Source of the DNA: an uncultured Geminicoccaceae bacterium
GTDB lineage: Bacteria; Pseudomonadota; Alphaproteobacteria; Geminicoccales; Geminicoccaceae
Assembly: GCA_964532215.1 (NCBI GenBank)
Contig: CAZHHU010000001.1
Span: 10,971 to 64,820 of the forward strand
Reading direction: 5' to 3'
DNA length: 53,850 bases
The stretch's first letter is position 1. The number at the start of each line of letters is the position of its first letter. Position numbers and translations under genes: made by a program. Under the pieces are notes generated by a model, which did not search any database, had not been told where the DNA came from, and saw nothing but the letters and a program-made list of their open reading frames with translations. Shown here in pieces: positions 9,805 through 17,382 of this stretch.

Positions 9805-10883
9805 GCCGCGTCTTTTCCCTGCCCGACCTCGGCGAAGGCCTCACGGAGGCGGAAATCGTCACCTGGCACGTCGCCGAGGGCGACCATGTGGTCGCCGACC
9901 AGCCGCTCGTTTCCGTGGAGACGGACAAGGCGGTGGTGGAGGTGCCCTCGCCCCGCTCGGGGCGGATCGCGCGGCTGCTCGTGCGCGAGGGCGAGATCGT
10001 CGCCGTGGGCCAGCCACTCGTCGAGTTCGAGGCGGAGGCTGCGGAGGCGGGCGATGCGGGCACGGTGGTCGGCGAGCTGCCCGCGCGCGAGGAGAGCGCT
10101 GCTCCGGCCGGGCCGCGGGCGGCACCGGCGGTGCGCCGTCTCGCCCAGGAGCTCGGGGTCGAGCTCGCCACCCTGGTCGGCACCGGCCCCGGCGGCGTCA
10201 TCACCCGCGAGGACGTCGAGCGGGCGGCCCGCGAGCGCAGCCGGGCGCCCCGCGGCGAACCGATGCGGGGAGTCCGCCGCACCATGGCCCGCAACATGGA
10301 GCGCGCGCACCGGGAGGTGGTGCCGGCCACGGTCTCGGATGATGCCGACATCTCCGCCTGGCGGCAGGGCGAGGACGTGACGATCCGCCTCGTCAGGGCG
10401 ATCGCTGCCGGATGCCGGGCGGAGCCCGCGCTCAACGCCCACTATCTGCGCGAGCGGGACGAGCGCATCCTGTTCGAACACATCGACCTCGGCATCGCGG
10501 TCGATACGCCGGACGGACTGTTCGTGCCGGTGCTGCGGGACGTCGGCAACCGCGATGCCGAAGATCTCCGCCGCGGCCTCGAGAACATGAAAAGGGACGT
10601 GCGCGCGCGGGCGATCCCGCCTCAGGAGCTCAAGGGACAGACGATCACCCTCTCGAACTTCGGCATGTTCGCGGGCCGCTATGCCCAGCTCGTGATCCTG
10701 CCGCCGCAGGTCGCGATTCTCGGTGCCGGCCGCATCCGCGAGGAGCTGCGGCCGGTGGAAGGCAGGCCCGAGGTCCGCCGCATCCTGCCGCTGTCGCTCA
10801 CCTTCGACCACCGCGCGGTCATGGGCGGCGAAGCCGCGCGCTTCCTGCGCGCGGTCATCGAGGATCTCGAGAAGCCGGCGTAA
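9801..10883 (+). CDS. dihydrolipoamide acyltransferase (E2) with a single lipoyl domain
   Basis: ATGA overlap with E1beta. Lipoyl-lysine motif VETDKAVVEVPSP, E3/E1-binding domain APAVRRLAQELGVELATLVGTGPGGVITREDV, catalytic LSLTFDHRAVMGGEAARFL. Confidence 0.9.
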   Translation: MSRVFSLPDLGEGLTEAEIVTWHVAEGDHVVADQPLVSVETDKAVVEVPSPRSGRIARLLVREGEIVAVGQPLVEFEAEAAEAGDAGTVVGELPAREESAAPAGPRAAPAVRRLAQELGVELATLVGTGPGGVITREDVERAARERSRAPRGEPMRGVRRTMARNMERAHREVVPATVSDDADISAWRQGEDVTIRLVRAIAAGCRAEPALNAHYLRERDERILFEHIDLGIAVDTPDGLFVPVLRDVGNRDAEDLRRGLENMKRDVRARAIPPQELKGQTITLSNFGMFAGRYAQLVILPPQVAILGAGRIREELRPVEGRPEVRRILPLSLTFDHRAVMGGEAARFLRAVIEDLEKPA

Positions 10884-11028
10884 CCGCCGTCGATCAGGCC
10901 GCAGCCGGGAGCCCGGAAGGCATGACTTGCGGGCTGACAGATGGTCCCGGCGCGCGCTATGGAGAACCATCCGAAGCCACGAGGCCGCGACCATCCGCGG
11001 CGACAGAAAAGAGGGGGAGGTCACGACC

Positions 11029-12723
11029 ATGCAGGCGTCGTTGCAGCATCGCGCGATGCGGCTCGGGATCGTCGCAACGGCCCTACTCGCCACGAGCGGA
11101 ACCCTGGCCGCCGGTGCCGACTGGCCGATCTACGGCGGCAACCCCGCGAACTGGCATTACAGCGAACTCGACCAGATCAATCGCGACAACGTCGCCGGGC
11201 TCGATCTCGCCTGGGCCTGGTCGCTGGGCACGCTGTTCTCCCAGGAGTCGACGCCGGTCGTCGTCGATGGCGTGCTCTACGTCACGAGCGCCCTGGGGCC
11301 CCGTCACGTCTACGCTCTCGATGCGGCGAGCGGCGAGAGGATCTGGCAGGTCGAGTTCGAAATGCCGGAAGGTGTACAGCAGTATGGCTGCTGCGGGCAG
11401 GTCAACCGCGGCCCGGCCTATGCCGATGGCGTGGTCTATGTCGGTCGTCTCGACGGCAAGCTCACCGCGCTCGACGCCGAGACCGGCAAGGAGCTCTGGA
11501 CCGCCGATGTCGTGGACTACACCGAGGGAGCCGTCATCACCTCGCCCCCGATCGTGGTGAAGGACAAGGTGATCGTCGGTTTCGGCGGTGGCGAGTATGG
11601 CGTGCGCGGCTACATCTCCGCGTTCGACCGACAGACCGGAAAGAGGATCTGGAAGACCTACACGATTCCCGGCCCCGGCGAGCCCGGAAACGAGAGCTGG
11701 AAGGGCGACTCCTGGAAGCACGGCGGCGGTGCCGCCTGGCTGGTCGCGTCGTACGACCCGGAACTCGACCTCGTCTATTACGGCACGAGCAATCCTTCGC
11801 CCTGGAACGCGGCCGTTCGCGGCCCGAATACGTCCGATTACGGGCCGTTCACGAACAAGTGGACTGCCGCCACCATTGCTCTCGACCCGGATACGGGTGA
11901 GATCGTGTGGGGCTTCCAGGGGACGCCGCACGACGCCTGGGACTATGACGGCGTGAACGAACTGCTGCTCGTGGACCTCGATCTCAATGGCGATGGCGAG
12001 ACGGAGAAGCTGGGTCTCAAGGCCGACCGCAACGGCTTCTTCTTCGTCCTCGACCGCAGCACAGGGCGTGCGCTGAGCGCCGAGCCCTTCGTCGCGGTGA
12101 ACTGGGCGAAAGCCTATGATCTCAAAGCGCAGCGGCCCGTCGAGGTTCCCGACAAGCGCCCCGCAATCGGCAAGCGGGCTGCGGACATCTGCCCCAATCT
12201 TCTCGGCGGCAAGAACTGGATGCCCATGGCCTACAGTCCGGACACGGGGCTCGTCTACATTCCGGCCAACAACCTCTGCATGGACATGGAGGACACCGAG
12301 GTCGAATACCGCCGCGGCATGTTCTACCTCGGCAAGGAATTCCCGACGAAGCCGGGACCCGGCGGCCATCTCGGCGAGCTCATCGCCTGGGATCCGGTCA
12401 AGCAGGAGAAGGTCTGGAGCATAAAGGAAAAGTACCCGTTCAACGGTGGCGTGCTGACGACCAAAGGCGGCCTCGTCTTTGCGGGCAACTACGAGGGATG
12501 GTTCCGCGCCGTCGACGCCAGAACCGGGGAAGTCCTGTGGCGGAAACGGCTCGGCTCCGGCATTCATGCCGCGCCCGTTACCTACATGGTGAACGGGAAG
12601 CAGTACGTCGCCGTCACCGTCGGCCGCTCACAGACGATCCCGGGCTTCCTCGGTGACGTCGGCCGCAGGATGTATGCCGCCGTCCCGCAGGCGGGCATGC
12701 TGTTCGTCTTCGCACTCGACTGA
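11029..12723 (+). CDS. PQQ-dependent alcohol dehydrogenase, methanol/ethanol family (periplasmic; predicted lanthanide-dependent type)
   Basis: Track ORF 10723..12723. ATG at 11029 is preceded by GAGGGGGAGG. Signal peptide MRLGIVATALLATSGTLAAGA. Vicinal Cys-Cys (YGCCGQVNRG, 11389..11394), WDYDGVN (11938..11958), repeated beta-propeller W motifs. Confidence 0.92.
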   Translation: MQASLQHRAMRLGIVATALLATSGTLAAGADWPIYGGNPANWHYSELDQINRDNVAGLDLAWAWSLGTLFSQESTPVVVDGVLYVTSALGPRHVYALDAASGERIWQVEFEMPEGVQQYGCCGQVNRGPAYADGVVYVGRLDGKLTALDAETGKELWTADVVDYTEGAVITSPPIVVKDKVIVGFGGGEYGVRGYISAFDRQTGKRIWKTYTIPGPGEPGNESWKGDSWKHGGGAAWLVASYDPELDLVYYGTSNPSPWNAAVRGPNTSDYGPFTNKWTAATIALDPDTGEIVWGFQGTPHDAWDYDGVNELLLVDLDLNGDGETEKLGLKADRNGFFFVLDRSTGRALSAEPFVAVNWAKAYDLKAQRPVEVPDKRPAIGKRAADICPNLLGGKNWMPMAYSPDTGLVYIPANNLCMDMEDTEVEYRRGMFYLGKEFPTKPGPGGHLGELIAWDPVKQEKVWSIKEKYPFNGGVLTTKGGLVFAGNYEGWFRAVDARTGEVLWRKRLGSGIHAAPVTYMVNGKQYVAVTVGRSQTIPGFLGDVGRRMYAAVPQAGMLFVFALD

Positions 12724-12731
12724 AAGCCCAC

Positions 12732-12759
12732 GGCACGCGGTCCTCAGGGGCCGCGTGCC
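12732..12759 (+). promoter_or_regulatory. intercistronic GC stem-loop between the ADH and the binding-protein/cytochrome gene
   Basis: GGCACGCGG (12732..12740), 10-nt loop, CCGCGTGCC (12751..12759): a perfect 9-bp stem with no U-tract after it. Confidence 0.35.
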
Positions 12760-12780
12760 CGACAGCGTCGGAACAGCCTC

Positions 12781-13935
12781 ATGCCCCGTCCCGGTGTGCT
12801 TGCGATCCTCCTCAGCCTCTGGGTGATGCCGGACATCGCCCGGACGGCCGAGCCCTTCCGCGTCTGCCTCGATCCCGCAAACCCGCCACTGTCCATGGCC
12901 GAGGGTGAACGTCACGGGATCTACTACGAGATCGCCGAGCGCCTCGCGGCGCGCATGGAGCGCCCGCTCGACGTCGTCTGGTGGCCGACGGACATCGGCA
13001 AGCGCGCGATCCGTCTCAAGCTCCTGTCGGGCGAATGCCGCGCGATGTTCGGCGTGCCCTTCGTGCAGGGGCTGATGGGACCGAAGCTCCAGGTCGCGGG
13101 CCCGCTCCTCGACCTCGGCTATGCGCTCGTGTTCCGCGCGGAGCGGGAGCTTGCGAGCATCGACGATCTCAGGGGACTGCGCGTCGCGGTCGTCTTCAAC
13201 ACGCCGGCGCAGAACGCCCTCGCCACGCTCGAGGGGGTCGAGAGCGTGACCGTGCGGGAGCCGGAACAGGCACTCGATCGCCTGCTCGGAGGCGAGGTCG
13301 ATGCGGCCTTCGTCTGGGACGTGGTCGCCGGATGGTACGATCGCACCCGCGCCAAGGGCCGCCTTCATGTCGTCGCCGTGGAAGGACCGCGGTTGCGCTG
13401 GCAATCGGCGATCGGCGTTCCGCGCAAAGCGGACGCGCTGCGGGAGCGGCTTCAGCTGCTGCTCGGGGAGATGCGCGACGTCATCGATTACGTCGCAAAG
13501 ACGTACGGCTACGGTCACGACGCCCGCATCGCGTGGCGCTGGTTGGAGACCGGCGCGCTGGAGGGCGAGGAGGGGCAGAAGCGCGGTCGCCGCAGTGGAA
13601 GCAGTGCCGACGGCGCGCGCAAGGCCGGGAGGGAAGAGCGGGAGGTCCTGCCCGCCATCCTCGAAGCGGAGGTGAGAGACGGACGACGGTTGTTCGATGC
13701 CGTCCTCGGCTGCGCCCACTGCCACGGACCGTCGGCGGCCGCCCCGGATCGCGCCCGCGATCTGCGGTTGATGCGCCGGCGTTACGGGGAGCGATGGAGC
13801 GACGTCTACTGGAAGACCGTCATGGAGGGCCGCACCGTGACGCGCTCCGGCCTCGTCATGCCCGCCTGGGCGGACGCCGCGAGCCGCGCACAGCTCGAGG
13901 CCATCCGCCGGTTCCTCGCAACCCTCCAGGAGTGA
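12781..13935 (+). CDS. fusion protein: MoxJ/XoxJ-like quinoprotein-dehydrogenase-associated periplasmic binding protein + C-terminal c-type cytochrome domain
   Basis: Signal peptide MPRPGVLAILLSLWVMPDIARTA. N-domain FRVCLDPANPPLSMAEG... (type-3 solute-binding fold). Charged linker EGEEGQKRGRRSGSSADGARKAGREERE. C-domain GRRLFDAVLGCAHCHG (CXXCH, 13711..13725) and a distal LVMPAW Met ligand candidate. Confidence 0.75.
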   Translation: MPRPGVLAILLSLWVMPDIARTAEPFRVCLDPANPPLSMAEGERHGIYYEIAERLAARMERPLDVVWWPTDIGKRAIRLKLLSGECRAMFGVPFVQGLMGPKLQVAGPLLDLGYALVFRAERELASIDDLRGLRVAVVFNTPAQNALATLEGVESVTVREPEQALDRLLGGEVDAAFVWDVVAGWYDRTRAKGRLHVVAVEGPRLRWQSAIGVPRKADALRERLQLLLGEMRDVIDYVAKTYGYGHDARIAWRWLETGALEGEEGQKRGRRSGSSADGARKAGREEREVLPAILEAEVRDGRRLFDAVLGCAHCHGPSAAAPDRARDLRLMRRRYGERWSDVYWKTVMEGRTVTRSGLVMPAWADAASRAQLEAIRRFLATLQE

Positions 13936-13947
13936 GCGGAAGCAGGC

Positions 13948-14160
13948 TCAGCTCTCTTCCTCGCCCTCTTCCGCCTCTTCCCGCTCACGACGGATCAGAA
14001 CCTGCCGCCCCCGGTACATGCCGGTCTTGAGGTCGATGTGATGGGGACGGCGGAATTCGCCCGTATCCCTGTCCTCGACGACCGCCGGCGGAGCGATGCG
14101 ATGATGGGTGCGGCGCTTGTCGCGACGCGACTTCGAGACCTTCTTCTTGGGAACGGCCAT
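13948..14160 (-). CDS. rpmF: 50S ribosomal protein L32, with an acidic C-terminal tail
   Basis: [22 protein letters not shown]... is the canonical L32 N-terminus. The tail [13 protein letters not shown] is an extension. Confidence 0.95.
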   Translation of the reverse strand: MAVPKKKVSKSRRDKRRTHHRIAPPAVVEDRDTGEFRRPHHIDLKTGMYRGRQVLIRREREEAEEGEEES

Positions 14161-14246
14161 CGCGGTTCAGCCTTCTCGGGTTCGGGAAGCTTCGAATGAC
14201 GCGCCTTCGCGCGCGGCGGCCCGGTGGCCCCGGGTTCCGGGTCCCG

Positions 14247-14275
14247 CAGTTAGGCGAGGGGTCGCCCGGCGTCAA
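14247..14275 (-). promoter_or_regulatory. candidate rpmF promoter
   Basis: Minus strand: TTGACG (14275..14270), 17-nt spacer, TAACTG (14252..14247), about 90 nt upstream of the rpmF ATG. Confidence 0.35.
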
Positions 14276-14349
14276 CGGTGGAGACCCTCGGGCTGGATGG
14301 CGCTCGCGGGTGACGCTATGCGGAACGGGCCGGACGCGGAGACCGAGAG

Positions 14350-15168
14350 GTGGCGAAATCCCCGAGGACGAAATCCGACGCCGAGCGAACCGCGCGGTCG
14401 GCCCGCGCGGAGCGCACGCAAGCCCTGCGCTCACGCCTCTCGCCGGAGGAGGTCGAGCGCTTCTTCGAGGCCCTCGCACGCAGCCAGCCGCCGCCGGCGC
14501 CGGAACTCGTCTACCGCAATCCCTTCACCCTGCTCGTCGCGGTGGTGCTGTCCGCCCAGGCCACGGACCGGGGCGTGAACCGGGTGACCGCAGAGCTCTT
14601 CAAGAAGGTCTCGCGCCCGGAGGACATCCTGGCGCTCGGCGAGGAGGGACTCGTCCACCATATCCGCAGCCTCGGGCTCTACCGCAACAAGGCGCGCAAT
14701 CTCGTGGCGCTCGCACGCATCCTGGTCGAGCGCTTCGGCGGCGAGGTGCCGCGCACCCGAAGTGAGCTCGAATCCCTGCCGGGCGTCGGTCGCAAGACGG
14801 CCAATGTGGTTCTCAACACCGCCTTCGGCGAGCCCACGATCGCGGTCGACACCCATGTCTTCCGGGTCGCGAACCGTACCGGCCTCGCGCCCGGCCGCAC
14901 GCCGGCCGAGGTCGAGGCCGAGCTGGAGCGGGTCGTCCCCGAGCGTTTCAAGCACGGCGCCCATCACTGGCTCATCCGCCACGGCCGCTATGTCTGCAAG
15001 GCGCGCAGGCCCGAGTGCTGGCGCTGCCCGGTGGCCGACATCTGCCGCTATCCGGAGAAGATTCTCACGCCCGATCGAAGCGTCCCTTCGGGCCGTCGGG
15101 CGTCAGCACGACGCCGGTCAGCCGCCGCTCATTCCGGAACATCCGGAAGGAAAGGAGCCGGGCCGTAG
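14350..15168 (+). CDS. nth: endonuclease III (Nth)
   Basis: FTLLVAVVLSAQATDRGVN, HhH-GPD LPGVGRKTANVVLN, IAVDTHVFRV, and the 4Fe-4S cluster loop CKARRPECWRCPVADIC. The start is uncertain. The last ~35 codons form a non-conserved tail that overlaps the next gene. Confidence 0.92.
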   Translation: MAKSPRTKSDAERTARSARAERTQALRSRLSPEEVERFFEALARSQPPPAPELVYRNPFTLLVAVVLSAQATDRGVNRVTAELFKKVSRPEDILALGEEGLVHHIRSLGLYRNKARNLVALARILVERFGGEVPRTRSELESLPGVGRKTANVVLNTAFGEPTIAVDTHVFRVANRTGLAPGRTPAEVEAELERVVPERFKHGAHHWLIRHGRYVCKARRPECWRCPVADICRYPEKILTPDRSVPSGRRASARRRSAAAHSGTSGRKGAGP

Positions 15169-16576
15169 CCTCGAGCAGCGTTCGCCCTGCCCGGCCGCTC
15201 CGGGCCTGATTGCATTGCCAGCCCGGATCCCGGCGCAGATCGACGAGCAGCGGCTCGAGGGCGAGAAAGTGGACGAGCGCATGGCGCGGACCGTACCGTA
15301 CCATCAGCTGGCAGGCGTCGGGTTCGAGCCCGAACCATTCCTCGTAGTAACGGCCGGCGTGATCGCGGAAGTCGAACTCGTAGACCGCGGCCTCGCGCCA
15401 GTTCGCGGGTTGCTCGCCGTCGAGGAAGGGAGCGAGCGAATATCCGTCGCACTGAAGCGGCGCCTCGAGGCCGAGTCGTTCGCAGATGGTGGGAAACAGA
15501 TCCACATGCTCGGTGAAAGCCGTGACCCGCCGGCCGCGGGCCCGCGCGCGGGGATCGCGGATCACGAGCGGGACCCGGAAGGCCTCGGGATGGAAACTGT
15601 CCTTGTTCCACAGCCAGTGATCGCCCAGCAGCTCACCATGGTCGGAGGTGACGACGACGAGCGTGCGGTCGAGGAGATCGCGGCGCGCGAGCGCCTCGAA
15701 CACCCTGCCGAGATGGTGGTCGATCTCGCGCACCGCCCCCGCATAGAGGGCGCGGAGCCGCTGCTCGTCGGATCGTGAGAGCGAACCGGCCTTCCCGCTC
15801 ACACGTCCGATCCAGTTGTCCCTGCGCCGCTGCAGACAGGCCGCGAGCCAGGGATGGACCGCGGCCTCGGCCTCGACCGCAGGAGCGCGCAGGGGTTCGG
15901 GCATCTGGCCGGGCGCCACCGCCCGGTTCCAGGGCGCGGCGAGGACCCAGGGGGGATGGGGTTTGATGTAGGAGAGATGGGCGAACCAGGGCTGCCTCGG
16001 CGCGCGCTCGAGCCAGGCGAGAAAGCGATCGGTGAGAAAGGCGGTCTCGCTGTCCTCGGCGCGAAAGGGGGCCGCGGCTCCGAGCGGCACGTCGTACACC
16101 TCCTCGCGGCTGAGGCGGCCGTAGCCGCGCTCCTCGAGATGGTCGAGCCAGGCGTCGAGATTCTCGAGCAGGAGGCATTCGGGATGAAAGCCGGCTGCGA
16201 CCCCTTCGTAGGTTCGCAGCCGCGGATCGTCCGCCGGCACGATGCGGGGATCGATGGCCACGTCCGTGAAGCCGAACAGGAAAGGCTCGAAGCCCGCCCG
16301 CGCGAGCCATTCGGCAAGGGTGCGGTGGCGCGCATCGAGGGGCGTGCCGTTGCTCACGACCCGATGGTTGAAGAGATACATGCCCGTATACAGGGATGCG
16401 CGCGCCGGTGCGCAGGGCGTCGCCTGTCCGAAGTGGCACAGAAACGCCACCCCATCGGATGCGAGACGTTCGAGCACGGGGGTGCGAACGAGAGGCCGCG
16501 GCGCCCAGGAGACGCAGTCCGCACGCCACTGATCGGCAGTCACGAGCAGGAGGTTCACGGCCTTCCGCTCCTCCAC
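15065..16576 (-). CDS. sulfatase-family hydrolase (arylsulfatase / phosphonate-monoester-hydrolase-like), no signal peptide
   Basis: GTG start. NLLLVTADQWRAD metal site, formylglycine motif TPCAPARASLYTG (C-x-P-x-R at 16400..16414), VVVTSDHGELLGDH. Confidence 0.85.
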   Translation of the reverse strand: MEERKAVNLLLVTADQWRADCVSWAPRPLVRTPVLERLASDGVAFLCHFGQATPCAPARASLYTGMYLFNHRVVSNGTPLDARHRTLAEWLARAGFEPFLFGFTDVAIDPRIVPADDPRLRTYEGVAAGFHPECLLLENLDAWLDHLEERGYGRLSREEVYDVPLGAAAPFRAEDSETAFLTDRFLAWLERAPRQPWFAHLSYIKPHPPWVLAAPWNRAVAPGQMPEPLRAPAVEAEAAVHPWLAACLQRRRDNWIGRVSGKAGSLSRSDEQRLRALYAGAVREIDHHLGRVFEALARRDLLDRTLVVVTSDHGELLGDHWLWNKDSFHPEAFRVPLVIRDPRARARGRRVTAFTEHVDLFPTICERLGLEAPLQCDGYSLAPFLDGEQPANWREAAVYEFDFRDHAGRYYEEWFGLEPDACQLMVRYGPRHALVHFLALEPLLVDLRRDPGWQCNQARSGRAGRTLLEATARLLSFRMFRNERRLTGVVLTPDGPKGRFDRA

Positions 16577-16671
16577 CCACCGCGCCCCTTCTAACCGCCT
16601 GCAGGGCGCCTCGATCGCCGGCAGGCGAAGCGCAGGCGCACGGGCGCGACCTCGCGCGCGTGGCCGCGGCC

Positions 16672-16699
16672 TTTACAAGGCGCGCGCGTGCCCTATAAG
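16672..16699 (+). promoter_or_regulatory. candidate rpsD promoter
   Basis: TTTACA (16672..16677), 16-nt spacer, TATAAG (16694..16699). It is followed by a ~65-nt leader containing the hairpin 16716..16733. Confidence 0.4.
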
Positions 16700-16767
16700 C
16701 CCTTCAAGCCACGGGGCGGCCGGTCACGGCCGCTCGTTTCGGTTCGTCTCGACCGTCTCGAGGAACG

Positions 16768-17382
16768 ATGACCAAGCGCATCAGGGCCAAGACCAAGATC
16801 TGCCGCCGGCTCGGCGTCAATCTGTGGGGGCGCGAGAAGAACCCGCTCGTGCGCCGCGACTATCCGCCCGGCGAGCACGGACACAAGCGCCGCAAGCTGT
16901 CGGATTACGCCCTGCAGCTTCGCGCCAAGCAGAAGCTCAAGGGCTACTATGCGAACATGACGGAGAAGCAGTTCAAGCGCTTCTTCCAGGAAGCCGAGCG
17001 CATGCGCGGCGATACCGCCGAGAACCTCGTCGGTCTGCTCGAGCGCCGCCTCGATACCGTCGTCTTCCGCGCCAATTTCGCGCCGACCATGTTCGCCGCC
17101 CGGCAGCTCGTCAATCACGGGCACGTGCTCGTCAATGGCCGGCGGGTCAACATCCCGAGCTACCGGCTCGCGGAAGGGGACGTGGTGGAGATCCGGGAAA
17201 AGGCCAAGAACCATCTCATGGTGCTCGAGGCCGTGCAGCGCCGGGAGCGCGAAGTGCCCGACTACATCTCCGTCGATTACAAGGGACTGAAGGCCACCTT
17301 CCTGCGCGTGCCCAAGCTCGCGGATATCCCCTACCCGGTGCAGATGGAGCCCAACCTCGTCATCGAGTACTACTCCCGCTGA
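16768..17382 (+). CDS. rpsD: 30S ribosomal protein S4
   Basis: [24 protein letters not shown]...[15 protein letters not shown]...S4 RNA-binding domain [39 protein letters not shown]. Confidence 0.97.
   Translation: MTKRIRAKTKICRRLGVNLWGREKNPLVRRDYPPGEHGHKRRKLSDYALQLRAKQKLKGYYANMTEKQFKRFFQEAERMRGDTAENLVGLLERRLDTVVFRANFAPTMFAARQLVNHGHVLVNGRRVNIPSYRLAEGDVVEIREKAKNHLMVLEAVQRREREVPDYISVDYKGLKATFLRVPKLADIPYPVQMEPNLVIEYYSR

Noticed and set aside
10884-11028. A possible PqqA-like precursor peptide or other leader ORF upstream of the PQQ dehydrogenase.
   Set aside because: No short ORF with an SD and a Glu-x-x-x-Tyr motif is present. The only ATG-initiated frame there belongs to a long Arg-rich spurious ORF.
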